From a virus: a stretch of DNA of 64,000 nucleotides. The notes below the pieces were generated by a model. It was not told the DNA's origin, searched no databases, and saw nothing but the letters and a program-made list of their open reading frames with translations. The stretch is taken from IMG/VR virus record IMGVR_UViG_3300020198_000887, positions 32,001 to 96,000 of that record; one strand, given 5' to 3'. The position numbers and the translations under genes are program-made. Shown in pieces: positions 38,649 through 50,400 of the stretch (the stretch's first letter is position 1; each line of letters starts with the position of its first letter).

Positions 38649-41600
38649 TACCACCCACCTCCTCTATTTATGGCTGGACTATATCGGATACGAACGTCTG
38701 CTTGCCCACCGGCACCACCAGCACCAGCGGCAACGGAAGTTGACTTGATGGCGCCACCACCGCCACCACCCGCACCAGGTGTTCCGCCGTGACCTCCATT
38801 AAGAGCCGTTCCGCTACCTCCTGCCCCGCCTACGGATATAGCAGTGGAAGCACCGGTTCCACCTGGTGCTGTCGTCGTATTACTATATACACCACTGAGA
38901 CCATTATTACCGACGGTAGTCGTAACAGTGGCGGACGTATTTACCACCGAGTCGAAGAATCCGTTGCCGCCTGTGCCGCCCGTCCCAGTAGTGTTCGAGC
39001 TTGTCGACCCTCCGGCGTTACCACCAGATGCAAAGATGTCGAGCATAGGGCCCTCGGGGGTCCACACCGATGCCGACCCCCCCGCATTAAGATATGCGTT
39101 TGCACGGCTACTCAGATACGAAGGAGATAATGTTCCATCGACTCTTAAGTCGGCAGACGCAACTCCTCCGGCACCACCGCCACCACCAGATCTAGCGTAA
39201 GTAGATGACCTCCACCCGCCGCTCCCTGCGCCGCCGCCGCCATAAGCATCAATAAGAACCCGCATAATACCTTGAGGAATATTCCATGTTTGGACACTGC
39301 CATACGAAAAGCCTGGTAATGATGATATAAACAGATCACCACTTGGTGGGGTTGCTACAGTAAATGTGCGTGTTATGGATATTCCTGTAAATGTAAATAC
39401 CGCGGAATAGGAGCCAGCATCGTCCGTTTTAAAGGGCGAGTTGGTATTCCGATAATCACCCCCATCAACAGTTAGGGTATACGGACCAAAGACACTACTT
39501 ACACTACTAACTGGATGTATATATGAAACAGTGTATGTCGCATTAGCCAATCCAGAAGTCACCGTCCAGGATAGCGCGTTGCCAACGTGTAATGTTGTTT
39601 GGGATAACGTTACCACTGGGACCGGGGCAGTGACCGTTAATGTTTTCGTAATAACAGCAACAGCCGTTCCATTCGATTTTTTAAATGTAAAAGTAATAGT
39701 GTTTGACCCAATTGCACTTTGGGGGAGTCCTCCAGTAGTCCAAGACCCCGACCCCGTTGCACCAATGCTTATAGGGGACGACACACCACCAGCAGTATTG
39801 TTGATAATCGTGTTGTCATATGACACCGTTCCATTGCTAGGAGCGCTCGCAAATGATATAGTTATTTGATTACCAGCTTGTGCGGAACTCGGCATGGTAA
39901 TAGTTGGTGTTCCATAAACATCTACCAGATTAACTGTGTTGGAACTAGCAAGCGTGGTCGTTCTTGCACTATCAGAATAGATAGTATACTTAACTGTTTC
40001 AGTAGATTCAGATAAATAATCGGCAGCCGCAATAATAGTTAATGCTAATTTTGGGGAATCTTGCTGACTCATAATAAATGACCCAGACATAGCAGCTGTC
40101 CCGGTATCGAAATCTGCGGCAGTTGCCGTCCCAGTTTGTGACCAATAAATCGTTTTATTAACTGGCAAATTTTCAGTAGTTAATGTAAGAGAAAAGGAAT
40201 CTCCTTCATTAATACTAGTATTTGGATAAAGTGATAATGAATAAAATGGTTCAGCATCTGTTGTTACAATATTGCCGCTATATACTGTTGATGTATACAC
40301 AACACCATTAATAGTGGCTGAACTTACTGCAGTCCCACGCCAACTCCGTGATCCAGCATAGCTTGCATTAGCCGCCCACGTTTTTGAAATACTCCCGGTA
40401 CCACCCGTCAAAGTAATAGTGGTTGGCATACCGCCGACAAAATCGGTACTCGACGGCACATAAGTTCCCCCGGAAATAGATGTTGCATTTAATGACGTCG
40501 ATGATTGTGTATTATTCGCACCAGGCGCAGAAAATTCAAACTGTACAGATTGTCCTTCTTTAATAGATGTTGTATTCGCAAGCAATGTTGGCAGAACTGA
40601 TGTTATCGATTGGGATGTTTGTGGTATAGTTACATTATTATAATGTGGGTCAGTTGATGCAAATGCATATGTCACTGTTGCAGTATGCGTACCTAGTTCA
40701 CTAAAATACACGCTTTCAGTAGTCCAGGATCCAGCCGAATCAAGCGAGGCAGTGCCTTTTGTGTCGACAATTCCAGATGGGCGTGTTACCTTCAACGTCG
40801 CCGACCCCAATGATGGGCCATTTGTAACTGTCAGATTAAACATGAATGGTGCTTGGGTAACAGTTGATGGCACAGAGACAGATGGGGTTGGTACTATATT
40901 ATTATAAACAGTCACCGTCGCAGGGGATACCGCTAACCTATTAACTGAGTTAGTTCTATCGGATGCACTCGAATATAATTCTATATTATATGGGGATGCA
41001 TAAGTTGTATACACTGCAGTACTCGAATTTGAAACAGTAATTGTATTTGTTCCACTAGCACCAATCGTAACTGTCCCACTAGTAACCGAAACCAACGATG
41101 ATGGTATGGTACCAGTTAACTTCCAATACAACGTACCCCCCGCATAATTAGCAGTCGTTACCGTATGCGAATAAGAATTATTTTGATATAATGATTGAGC
41201 AGTAGTTGGACCAACGTCAAATGTTGGTATAGGCGTGGTCGAAGTATCCGATATCGCAACGACTGAATTGGTAACAGTAACATTCGGCAATGCAATTGTT
41301 CTTGCGCTATCTTTAAACAGTGCGATAGACAATGTTTCTGCACCTTCAGTCAATAAATCAGCTTTAGCACGTAGTTGTGGTATGTTAGTTTGTGTACCAC
41401 CTGCTGCCAGTGTAATAGAGCCATTTGGTGGGGATGTTTCAGGCGGATTACCAGATGCTGAATATACATATATATCCGCAGTATTACCAGCTGTACCCTG
41501 GGCTTCCCAATAAATAGTTGTACTAGTCGTGATATTACTACCAGCAACATATATTGATATTGTATACTGCCCTTCACTTATTATACCTGGTATACTAGGA

Positions 41601-44600
41601 TGGTCTGTTAGAACATTTAATGTATATGTCGGGGTTTTATCAATAATAGTAGTTTCTACTGTATGTTTTGATACACCCCCAGACACTGCCCTAATAGTAA
41701 AATTTACTGTTTCATTCGATAAATCATTTGTATCACTCAATGTGGTAACATTCCACGTCTGAGACGTCCCAGATTTAACAAATGAATATTCATTACTATT
41801 ACCAGTAGCAGCCAAGGTTGCCCCACCGCTTACTGTATAATCTGTGTTATAGGTTGCTGTACCACTAAAATACAAATACAAGGTTGTATTATCAGCAACA
41901 TCAGTTGATGTAAAGGTAAGTGTTGTACTAGACCCTTCATTTACTGACGATGCAATTGATAATTGATATGTTGGATTTTGTGATGAATCATTAATGTTGA
42001 CCGTTTGGGTTGATTTATCAAGTCCCGCTGTGGTTTCCCGAATAGCCCATGTAATATTTTCAATAGCCCCATCAGTAAAATAATCCTGTACTATCTGAAT
42101 AGTCCAAGTCATTGTTAATGAAGTTACAACAAATGAATAAATACCACCTCCAAGTGATGTCAATGCACCCCCACTTACTGTATAGTCAGTTCCATACGTT
42201 GCTGTACCAGATATGTAAATGTATCTTGTACTATTAACATCAACATTGGTCATAACCAACGTTGCAGTGACGGTTGATGGTTCATTTTGATTGGTGTTGT
42301 TAGCACTAACCCCTGATACCGAGAATGCCAATGTATAAACTCCTGGCAGTGAAGTATCTACCAAATTAATAGACTTTGACCCCTTACCAGAACCAGTAGC
42401 ATCAGTAATAGATAACGTTATAGTTTCAGGATTCGTTTCTAATAAATGGTCATTGGCAGTGGCTATGGTCCACGACATTATCGAAGATTTAGTAAATGAC
42501 AAATTATTACCAGATACACTCAAGGTTGGGGAACCAGAAATTGTATAATCAGTCCCATATGTCGCAGTTCCGCCAACAACCATGGTAAGTGAGGTACCAT
42601 TATCAACATCAGTTGTCACCAATGTTAATGTATTATTAGTGTTTTCATCTATTGAATTATTAACAGTGAATATATATGTTGGGTCTTGTGAGGTGTCAAT
42701 TACCGTTATACTAGATGAATTATTGACATACGTCGCATTGTTATCTAATGACAATCGCACCCTAAATGATTTTCCACCACCTGTCTTGTGGTCATTCTTC
42801 AATCCAATTGGTATTGTATATGCAGTGTTTGCCCACGTAAATGACCCAGAAGTTGATGTACTGAAATCACTTGCAACTAGACCACCAAACATTTCTACAC
42901 TCCACCATATAGTAACGGTAGTAGTGTTATTACTAGTAACTGTGAAATCAATGCTACTTCCTTCACTAAGTGAAGTAACCCCAGTTGGTGGTTTTACCGC
43001 ATATGTATTTAATGAAGTATCTAAAATAGAAATAGTAACACTGTCGGTTCCAGCTTGTTGTGTACATACAGCATCAGTATATATTCGTACAGTAAATGAT
43101 TCTGCTCCCTCTGTTAACTCATCCGCGTTCGCTGTTATAACAAAGGATTTAGTATTAGTGTTAATAATAAACGAACCAGTTGTGGTATTTACCCCCTGGT
43201 ATATTAAGTCATTGGCTGTTATGTTATTACCGGTTGCTTTCCAATACAATGTGGTACCATCATCTACATCTGTGGTATTTACAGTGAATGTTGCGGTATA
43301 ATTATTTTCAGTTAAGGTAGAAGTACTCCCGGTGTAGTTGGTTACCCCGGATAATTGATAGGTTGGGGTTAACGATGTATCTGTGATATTTACAGTTCCC
43401 GTTGCTTTTGATATCCCACCAGCCGTTTGTGTTATATTCCAAATAATAGATTCGGCAACGGTTGATTCAGTTACCTTGTCAGTCAAAATAGTCACAGTCC
43501 ACACCATAGAATTACTAATCTGGAATGATGCCCCATTCGTTGAGAATATATCCCCAGTTAGTTGTGGGCCACCACTAATTGTATAATCAGCAGCGGTAGC
43601 TGTGCCACTTGCTTTTAAGTACATGGTTGTAATATTTGGATTACCACTGGTAGTGCTCCCAGCCGCAGCAGATATTTGAAAAGTTGCGGTAAAAGTTTTA
43701 CTAGTGGTTTCATTAATCCCAGTGGATGGGGAGAATAATAAAGAATAAACAGGATCTTTAGAAGTATCAGAAACTGTAACAGTAGATGATGTTCCAACCA
43801 CCGACCCATCCGACAGTTTTAACCGTAATTCAAATGATTTACCTGAATTAGTGGTATAATCATTAATTAATGTTATTGGAATAATACCAACGCCAGCTGA
43901 ACTTATAGTTATCGGGCCACCTGATGTAACACCGTTATAAAAATCTGTTGGTGAATTACTACCAACGATATCCCAATATAAAGACTCTACAATATTAGTT
44001 GTAACATCAAAGGTCACACTACTACCCTCATCTACTGAAGAAGAACGTGGTACTATAGTATAACTTGGTTGGGTGATAGATACTGTTGGACTTGGGTTGC
44101 CTAATAAAGTAGTATAACCAGCATCAGCATATAATTGAATATTAAAACTATCATTTGGTTCAGAAATAGTATCTAATATTAATGTTTTTGTAAATGAATA
44201 AGTCCCGTCATTTAACAATGTAAATGATCCAGTCAATCCCCCTGGATTAAAATCACTACTAGTTATTGTCCCAGACACATTATTTATTTTCCAATATAAT
44301 GTAGTCGATAATGGATTTTGAATATCCGTTGTTGTCACTGATATTGTAACATTTCTACTTTCTGCTATATTAATTGCAGATGATGACGCATTGATTAATA
44401 CAGTATAAGTAGGTGCTGACCTTGCTTGAACAGTAATATCTTGTACAAATGATGAATAAGTTGACCGTGATATAACAACTCTAATAACCGAGGTGGAATT
44501 TGGAAAATTAATAGCCAAATCTGTTGATGTTATTCCATTCGTCTCGATGGTATAGGTACCAGTTGATGCACCAACAAATGTTGCATCACCAGATTGTGTC

Positions 44601-46354
44601 GTTACGGTATATGTGTATGTTCCAGCAGTGTTAATTCCCAATAACCCAAATGTAATATACCGTTGGTTATTAATATTAACCCCAGCATAAATTGCTGTAC
44701 CATTAATTGGAGTCATTGATGTATCAATGATAGTTACGTCGGATGAGGTATGCAACAATGTGCCACCTTGTGATGACCACACGCGTAATTTAAAAAATTC
44801 ATTGCCTTCAGATAAAAAATCATTTGTTATTAATTTTGTAAAGGTAGTTTTTGTATTATAGAAAGTCCCAGTGCCAGTCACAATAGTCCTGGTAGTTGTA
44901 CTCAATATTGCTGTTCCTGACATGGTAGTTGTTATGTCGCTTGACCCAAACCCTGGACTGGCCGACCCAATCATTTCCCAATACACCACATTATTTTGTG
45001 AGTTGACATATGTTGATGTTATGGTTATTGTTATAGTATCGCCTTCGTTATATGAATACGCGTTTGGTGTAATGGAATAGACAGCATTTGGCGTTATCGA
45101 GGTATCTGATATCATCACACCTGTCTGCCCAGTGTGCAGTACTATTCCACCTGATAATATTCTAAGATAAAATGTTTCATCACCTTCTGTTTCAAAATCT
45201 TCTTTTAATATTTTAGTAACAGTAAACATCCCATTAGAAAGTTGGGATGTTCCAGACATACCATTGGTATCTTTAAAATCGGTATCTGTTATATAATCAC
45301 CATGTATATCCCACGAAATCAAGGCATTTGGGTCAACTAATCTACTAATTTGTGTGGTGAATGTAACAGTATTATCAATCGTTTCATCAACCAAAAGTTG
45401 ACTAGGGGTAATAGAATATATGACATTTTGATTACCAGTAGTCTCGAATCCATATTGAACTGCCGTTAATGCAGCCACATTTACATTGACCCCATATGGA
45501 CGATCTTGACGTACTATACTACTCAAAGTTCCGTCCATACTTAAATCAAGATTTGCTGAATATAAATCTGAAAAATAAATGGATAAAATTAATTGGGATG
45601 CCGCAGTATTTCGTCTAGCATATACATAATACCGATTTACTGAATATGTTCCGCTAAATACTTTTTGAAATACTAATTGATCCGATGTAGTTAGATCAAA
45701 CCACCCTATACTAGAACCGGTCCCGGCGCCGGTACAACTAGTATGGGTGTAGTCAAATAATATATCACCAATTTCAGACAAATGTGTAGTCCACGAACTG
45801 TTTTTTTCCGAGGTAGTCGTTCCGCCTGTTCTTCCAGCAGATATTCTTAGTTTACCACCAGCATTAAAAAAATACCTAAGGTTAGCAGCTGAACCATCCC
45901 CACTTGATGCCCCAGATATTGTTACGGTATGTATCACACTGTCATTCCAAGCGGTAGTTCTAGTACCAGCGATTAAGCTTTCAGTATTATATTGACTCAA
46001 TGGGGCATTGATATTTCTGTTTGCAAATAACGAGCTTGCAAAACTGGCATATCCTGATATTAAACTAGAAGTTACAACATCACCTTGTACAAATGATGGT
46101 ACGTTGGCTGCTTCTGAAGTTCCTGTTTGATGTTGTATTATTTTTAATAAATCATTTCGTAAATTGTTCCAATGGTCATATGTAATTGTTGCATCCACCG
46201 CAATTTGACTACTTGACAATATTTGTCCATATCCAAATGTTTCATCCTGTAAGTTGGTTGTTGGGTTCGTTCCCCCAGAACCCAACACCGCTGAAACATT
46301 TTTTTGAATACTATTATAGTCCGATGCTATAATTAAAGATCCTTGTCCTATCAT
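38648..46354 (-). CDS. Giant tail fibre/adhesin (2568 aa) with tandem Ig/Calx-beta-like repeats and a Gly-rich tip
   Basis: Repeated ~110-aa units (EG..VTF.V.T...LYW...DF...SG...D..TEG.E.F); N-domain shared with 47437..54054. Confidence 0.8.
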   Translation of the reverse strand: MIGQGSLIIASDYNSIQKNVSAVLGSGGTNPTTNLQDETFGYGQILSSSQIAVDATITYDHWNNLRNDLLKIIQHQTGTSEAANVPSFVQGDVVTSSLISGYASFASSLFANRNINAPLSQYNTESLIAGTRTTAWNDSVIHTVTISGASSGDGSAANLRYFFNAGGKLRISAGRTGGTTTSEKNSSWTTHLSEIGDILFDYTHTSCTGAGTGSSIGWFDLTTSDQLVFQKVFSGTYSVNRYYVYARRNTAASQLILSIYFSDLYSANLDLSMDGTLSSIVRQDRPYGVNVNVAALTAVQYGFETTGNQNVIYSITPSQLLVDETIDNTVTFTTQISRLVDPNALISWDIHGDYITDTDFKDTNGMSGTSQLSNGMFTVTKILKEDFETEGDETFYLRILSGGIVLHTGQTGVMISDTSITPNAVYSITPNAYSYNEGDTITITITSTYVNSQNNVVYWEMIGSASPGFGSSDITTTMSGTAILSTTTRTIVTGTGTFYNTKTTFTKLITNDFLSEGNEFFKLRVWSSQGGTLLHTSSDVTIIDTSMTPINGTAIYAGVNINNQRYITFGLLGINTAGTYTYTVTTQSGDATFVGASTGTYTIETNGITSTDLAINFPNSTSVIRVVISRSTYSSFVQDITVQARSAPTYTVLINASSSAINIAESRNVTISVTTTDIQNPLSTTLYWKINNVSGTITSSDFNPGGLTGSFTLLNDGTYSFTKTLILDTISEPNDSFNIQLYADAGYTTLLGNPSPTVSITQPSYTIVPRSSSVDEGSSVTFDVTTNIVESLYWDIVGSNSPTDFYNGVTSGGPITISSAGVGIIPITLINDYTTNSGKSFELRLKLSDGSVVGTSSTVTVSDTSKDPVYSLLFSPSTGINETTSKTFTATFQISAAAGSTTSGNPNITTMYLKASGTATAADYTISGGPQLTGDIFSTNGASFQISNSMVWTVTILTDKVTESTVAESIIWNITQTAGGISKATGTVNITDTSLTPTYQLSGVTNYTGSTSTLTENNYTATFTVNTTDVDDGTTLYWKATGNNITANDLIYQGVNTTTGSFIINTNTKSFVITANADELTEGAESFTVRIYTDAVCTQQAGTDSVTISILDTSLNTYAVKPPTGVTSLSEGSSIDFTVTSNNTTTVTIWWSVEMFGGLVASDFSTSTSGSFTWANTAYTIPIGLKNDHKTGGGKSFRVRLSLDNNATYVNNSSSITVIDTSQDPTYIFTVNNSIDENTNNTLTLVTTDVDNGTSLTMVVGGTATYGTDYTISGSPTLSVSGNNLSFTKSSIMSWTIATANDHLLETNPETITLSITDATGSGKGSKSINLVDTSLPGVYTLAFSVSGVSANNTNQNEPSTVTATLVMTNVDVNSTRYIYISGTATYGTDYTVSGGALTSLGGGIYSFVVTSLTMTWTIQIVQDYFTDGAIENITWAIRETTAGLDKSTQTVNINDSSQNPTYQLSIASSVNEGSSTTLTFTSTDVADNTTLYLYFSGTATYNTDYTVSGGATLAATGNSNEYSFVKSGTSQTWNVTTLSDTNDLSNETVNFTIRAVSGGVSKHTVETTIIDKTPTYTLNVLTDHPSIPGIISEGQYTISIYVAGSNITTSTTIYWEAQGTAGNTADIYVYSASGNPPETSPPNGSITLAAGGTQTNIPQLRAKADLLTEGAETLSIALFKDSARTIALPNVTVTNSVVAISDTSTTPIPTFDVGPTTAQSLYQNNSYSHTVTTANYAGGTLYWKLTGTIPSSLVSVTSGTVTIGASGTNTITVSNSSTAVYTTYASPYNIELYSSASDRTNSVNRLAVSPATVTVYNNIVPTPSVSVPSTVTQAPFMFNLTVTNGPSLGSATLKVTRPSGIVDTKGTASLDSAGSWTTESVYFSELGTHTATVTYAFASTDPHYNNVTIPQTSQSITSVLPTLLANTTSIKEGQSVQFEFSAPGANNTQSSTSLNATSISGGTYVPSSTDFVGGMPTTITLTGGTGSISKTWAANASYAGSRSWRGTAVSSATINGVVYTSTVYSGNIVTTDAEPFYSLSLYPNTSINEGDSFSLTLTTENLPVNKTIYWSQTGTATAADFDTGTAAMSGSFIMSQQDSPKLALTIIAAADYLSESTETVKYTIYSDSARTTTLASSNTVNLVDVYGTPTITMPSSAQAGNQITISFASAPSNGTVSYDNTIINNTAGGVSSPISIGATGSGSWTTGGLPQSAIGSNTITFTFKKSNGTAVAVITKTLTVTAPVPVVTLSQTTLHVGNALSWTVTSGLANATYTVSYIHPVSSVSSVFGPYTLTVDGGDYRNTNSPFKTDDAGSYSAVFTFTGISITRTFTVATPPSGDLFISSLPGFSYGSVQTWNIPQGIMRVLIDAYGGGGAGSGGWRSSTYARSGGGGGAGGVASADLRVDGTLSPSYLSSRANAYLNAGGSASVWTPEGPMLDIFASGGNAGGSTSSNTTGTGGTGGNGFFDSVVNTSATVTTTVGNNGLSGVYSNTTTAPGGTGASTAISVGGAGGSGTALNGGHGGTPGAGGGGGGAIKSTSVAAGAGGAGGQADVRIRYSPAINRGGGW

Positions 46355-46509
46355 TACATATCCTTTTACGAAAATCCAAATCCATTTATGTTATAACTAA
46401 TGTATAACCATCTATTGTAGTTCACATGCAGTTCGTCACTAAAACTGGCTTGCTATTAATATTTAATGACTCGCATATTGCCTAGTATTAATCCGACTAA
46501 TTTCTGAAA

Positions 46510-47121
46510 TTAGTCCAACCTAAACCCGAAACTAATGCGTGGAGCATTAGGTGAATATACACAATGCCAGAAATAACTAGAATTGGTTATTTCAAACAAT
46601 CTAACAGTCCATCCTTTATTATCCCAATCCGTTACAATAGTTTTTGTTTCGTCGTCTGACTTTATATATTTAAAATATGACCCATTTTCAATAGGTGAAT
46701 ACGCAATATATAACCGATAACACGGTGCATTGCTATTAGTGTGCCACCCCATAAATCCACCCTTCGGGTATAAAAAATTACCACTCGGTGAACGTACTTT
46801 TAATCCAGTAACTGTCTCAACATATTCCATTAGTTGTTTAGTTATTGCAACAGGTGGGAATGATATTTCGCTTAACTTAGACACTACATTAACATCAAGT
46901 ATAGATTTTCGCCAATTAAGAGAATTTAAATCATGATTCAATATAAACTCGTCGCTCACACCAGGATAAGTTTGGTCAGTTGGGTCACACAATACCCTTG
47001 AAAATTCATACTCAGTTGAATCATGTGTCGGATTTATATAAAAAATAGGTCTTGATAATACATCATCCACATAGGCAGTTAATGCAGTTTCTAATTCACC
47101 TGTCAATTGATATTTTTTCAT
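46510..47121 (-). CDS. Cupin/2OG-Fe(II) oxygenase-like protein
   Basis: YPKGGFMGWHTN...FWHCV...RISFGF. Confidence 0.6.
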   Translation of the reverse strand: MKKYQLTGELETALTAYVDDVLSRPIFYINPTHDSTEYEFSRVLCDPTDQTYPGVSDEFILNHDLNSLNWRKSILDVNVVSKLSEISFPPVAITKQLMEYVETVTGLKVRSPSGNFLYPKGGFMGWHTNSNAPCYRLYIAYSPIENGSYFKYIKSDDETKTIVTDWDNKGWTVRLFEITNSSYFWHCVYSPNAPRISFGFRLD

Positions 47122-47435
47122 AATGCTACTTCCTCCACTGCATCCAGCGGGGTATCAGGATTTATAATCTTGTATAATTCTGAATCAACCCTATACGGGT
47201 TTGAATTATACTGTTCTTGCAATTTATTCCATAAATCATGAATGAGTTCGTCGGTTGGCTGTCCTATATTTGTTATTCTCCACTCAACAATGGCGGCATC
47301 TGAATTATATATGTATTGTCTCCCATCTGGTGCCAATGTTACCGTACAAGAAATAATCACATCACTCCCAATACGAATATTTTTATATTTACGTTCTAAA
47401 ACGTATGAAAGTTGGTCTAAAGTTAAAGTTGTCAT
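47118..47435 (-). CDS. XkdW-like tail fibre assembly protein
   Basis: Directly follows the fibre gene; 'IVEWR...QPTDE' motif. Confidence 0.5.
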   Translation of the reverse strand: MTTLTLDQLSYVLERKYKNIRIGSDVIISCTVTLAPDGRQYIYNSDAAIVEWRITNIGQPTDELIHDLWNKLQEQYNSNPYRVDSELYKIINPDTPLDAVEEVAL

Positions 47436-47436
47436 G

Positions 47437-50400
47437 TTATCCTCCGTTATGTATTACTTTAAGCAATGCAGTTTGTGCTGTTATTTCAAATGCTAGGCGT
47501 TGTGCCTGGCCACCAAACGTAAACTTAGCACGCAATGTCCTAATCACATGTCCATCTGGCATGGTAATGTTGCATTGTGTATTATTTTTTCTGACTATAG
47601 TCTGATTAGTAAGTGGTCCATACTGAATATTACTAACACTAATTACTACTCCCGAACTATCACACATTTGAGAATACAATACTTCTAATTTATAATACGG
47701 TATTTTATTATCACTAATTTCTGGTGCTTTGGATATAACAGTAATACCATTAACCACAGCATTTACTGGCAAGTCGATGTTTACTAGCTCATTATCACGA
47801 ACTTCCATTGATACGGTAACCATTGTGTTGGCAAATGTAATATTGCGTGGATTGGTACGGAATCCTGCAACTGTACCCGCAAGACCCATATATCCAGACA
47901 TAAATGCATCGTTATCGTTATTTGCGTTACTTTCCGTATAGTGTGGAATCAGTGAAATCCCATTAATGAACGATTGTAGTTTGCCGGAATTGATAGTGGC
48001 AGACGAAAAGGTCTTGGCCCCAGCAATCAACGTTTTAACTTCTGGCAACGCAGTTGGGGTGGTTGTATTACCAACCAATGCTGTTTGGGCTTTAAACTTT
48101 GCATTAATAGGATACACCGTAGACACTGGTATTGTGCAATTTTCATCAGTATACAACTTAACAGCAAACAGCTGGTCTTCTGTAGTATTATAATCACCAA
48201 CCGTTGGTATTTGGACGTTTGCAACATTTGACATTACGGGTGCGATTCCACGTGTTAATCCACCAAACCGTGGGAACGTTTGGTTATCATATATCACTTT
48301 CCAATATACATCAGAATTAGTGGCAACTGCGGCATTGAATGATAATGTTTCACCGGCGGCGATTGCCAACGGCTTTTTCGAGCTGTCATTTATAACAATG
48401 GTATCACTAGTACATAACAACGGACCGGTCACTGATTCAGTGTGTAATTCTACATACACGGTCTCCTGGCCTTCTGTTATTAAATCCACCGTAACTAACG
48501 CAGTCCATACCATCGGACTACCAGTTACTACAAACGAACCATTATCATTAAATCCTTGTCCGGAAACCGCCAACCAATCCCCGGTGTCTGACCCTGTAGT
48601 GTATATAAATTTAGGATATACTAATGTTCCTTGTTTAAAATACTGGTTCGTAAAAGTAAATGTTACTAGATCACCCTCATTAACAACAAGTGGGGTGATC
48701 GTTAGCGTCCCACTTGGGTCAAACAATGACGTATCATTGATAGTAATTGTATTACTTGTTGCCACTGTTACCCCAGCAGTATCTTTAAACACCCACGCGA
48801 ACGTCTGACTCCCTTCTGTTGCATGATCTGCAACCACTGTATGCTTCCATGTAATAGTTGGCTGGGTAACCGTGAATGTGCCAGCTATGGCAGGAGCAGT
48901 TCCATCTGGGGATAAATCGTTATCCCCGGCTGTTCCACTATGAAAAGCAGTCAATACAGTACCAACTACAATATTTGCAACTTGAATTGTTGTTGTTATT
49001 AAGCTGCCCTCCGACGGCTTTGATGGTGAAATAGTTACTGCATAAGAAGGGGCCTTAGAGGTATCCTCTATGGTAAATGTCGAACTTCTTCGTAGTACAG
49101 GTCCACCAAGAACATCCATAACTTCAATGAATGCAGTTTCATATCCTTCTGTTTTGAGGTCTGGTGATACCTCAAATTGCCAAGTCATTGCACTTCCACT
49201 TGTTGAAAATGAGTAGATATTACCAGTTTTAGTGAGTGATGGACCTGATAATAAAGCATAATCAGTCCCATATGTCGCAGACCCACCAAATGAAAGATAC
49301 ATTGTTGAGTTTGATGCCACATTTGCAACATTTAATGTAACAGAAAATGTTTTATTTGTGGTTTCATTTATATTTCCCGATGCAGGTGAAATAGTCATCC
49401 CATATGATGGATTTTGCGAAGTGTCTAAAATTAAAATACCCTGACTTGTTTGAACTACCGGACCAGTTTTTGACCCAGTTCTAAGCTGCACCTCAAATGT
49501 TTCACCACCCTCGGTTTTATTATCAGTTAATGCAGTAATCGAAAAATTTCCTGCACCGGAACTATCAAGTATCAATTCTGCGCTTCTTTTATTCAAATCA
49601 AACTCATCCAACCCTGCCGCATCTGGAATAACCCAAAAAAGTACGGTATTTTTTGGAACATTCACTGTAGTAACAGTGAATTCAACCCCCGTTGTTCCTT
49701 CACCAATCATAGTAGCAGACTGCGCTAGGTTATAAACTTTCTGTGTTTGAGAATCATCTTTTATGATAACGCCGCTGCTTGTTTGTCTGATTGTACCATC
49801 ATACCCACCTGTTCTAACTTGCAATTCAAATGACATATCACCTTCAGTAATAACATCTGCGTTAGCAGTTAACGTTACCTTACCAACATTGTTTGTAACT
49901 GTAAATGTGCCACGAACTTTGCTTTCAACAAAATCATCCGCCGTTAATTTATCATTTGATAACGTCCAATATAAAAGTGCATTATTGGGTAAATTTGTAG
50001 TATAAATTGTAAAAGTAACCCCTTTTCCACCCTCGTTTATTTGCGATTGACTAACATCAATCGTAATAGTTGGTTCTACAAATGTATCTGTTATTGTTGT
50101 AACTTCACTCGTTTGAACAATCAGTCCAGCAAACCCACCAGTACGTAGTTGAATAGCAAATGATTCGGTATTTTCTGGAACACCATCTGCAGCGGCGGTT
50201 CTCACAATACTCGCTTTTCCAGTCGTATCGACATTAACAGTGCCGGATAATTTATTATCACTAAAATCAGTTGGTTGAATAACTCCAACTGGGGTTGTCG
50301 TCCAGTATAATGTTTCACTCGGTGAAACATTTGTTGTGGAAACTGTAAATGTTACAGTATTATTAGCTCCAGTTTCACCAATAGTTGATTTATCCCGAAT

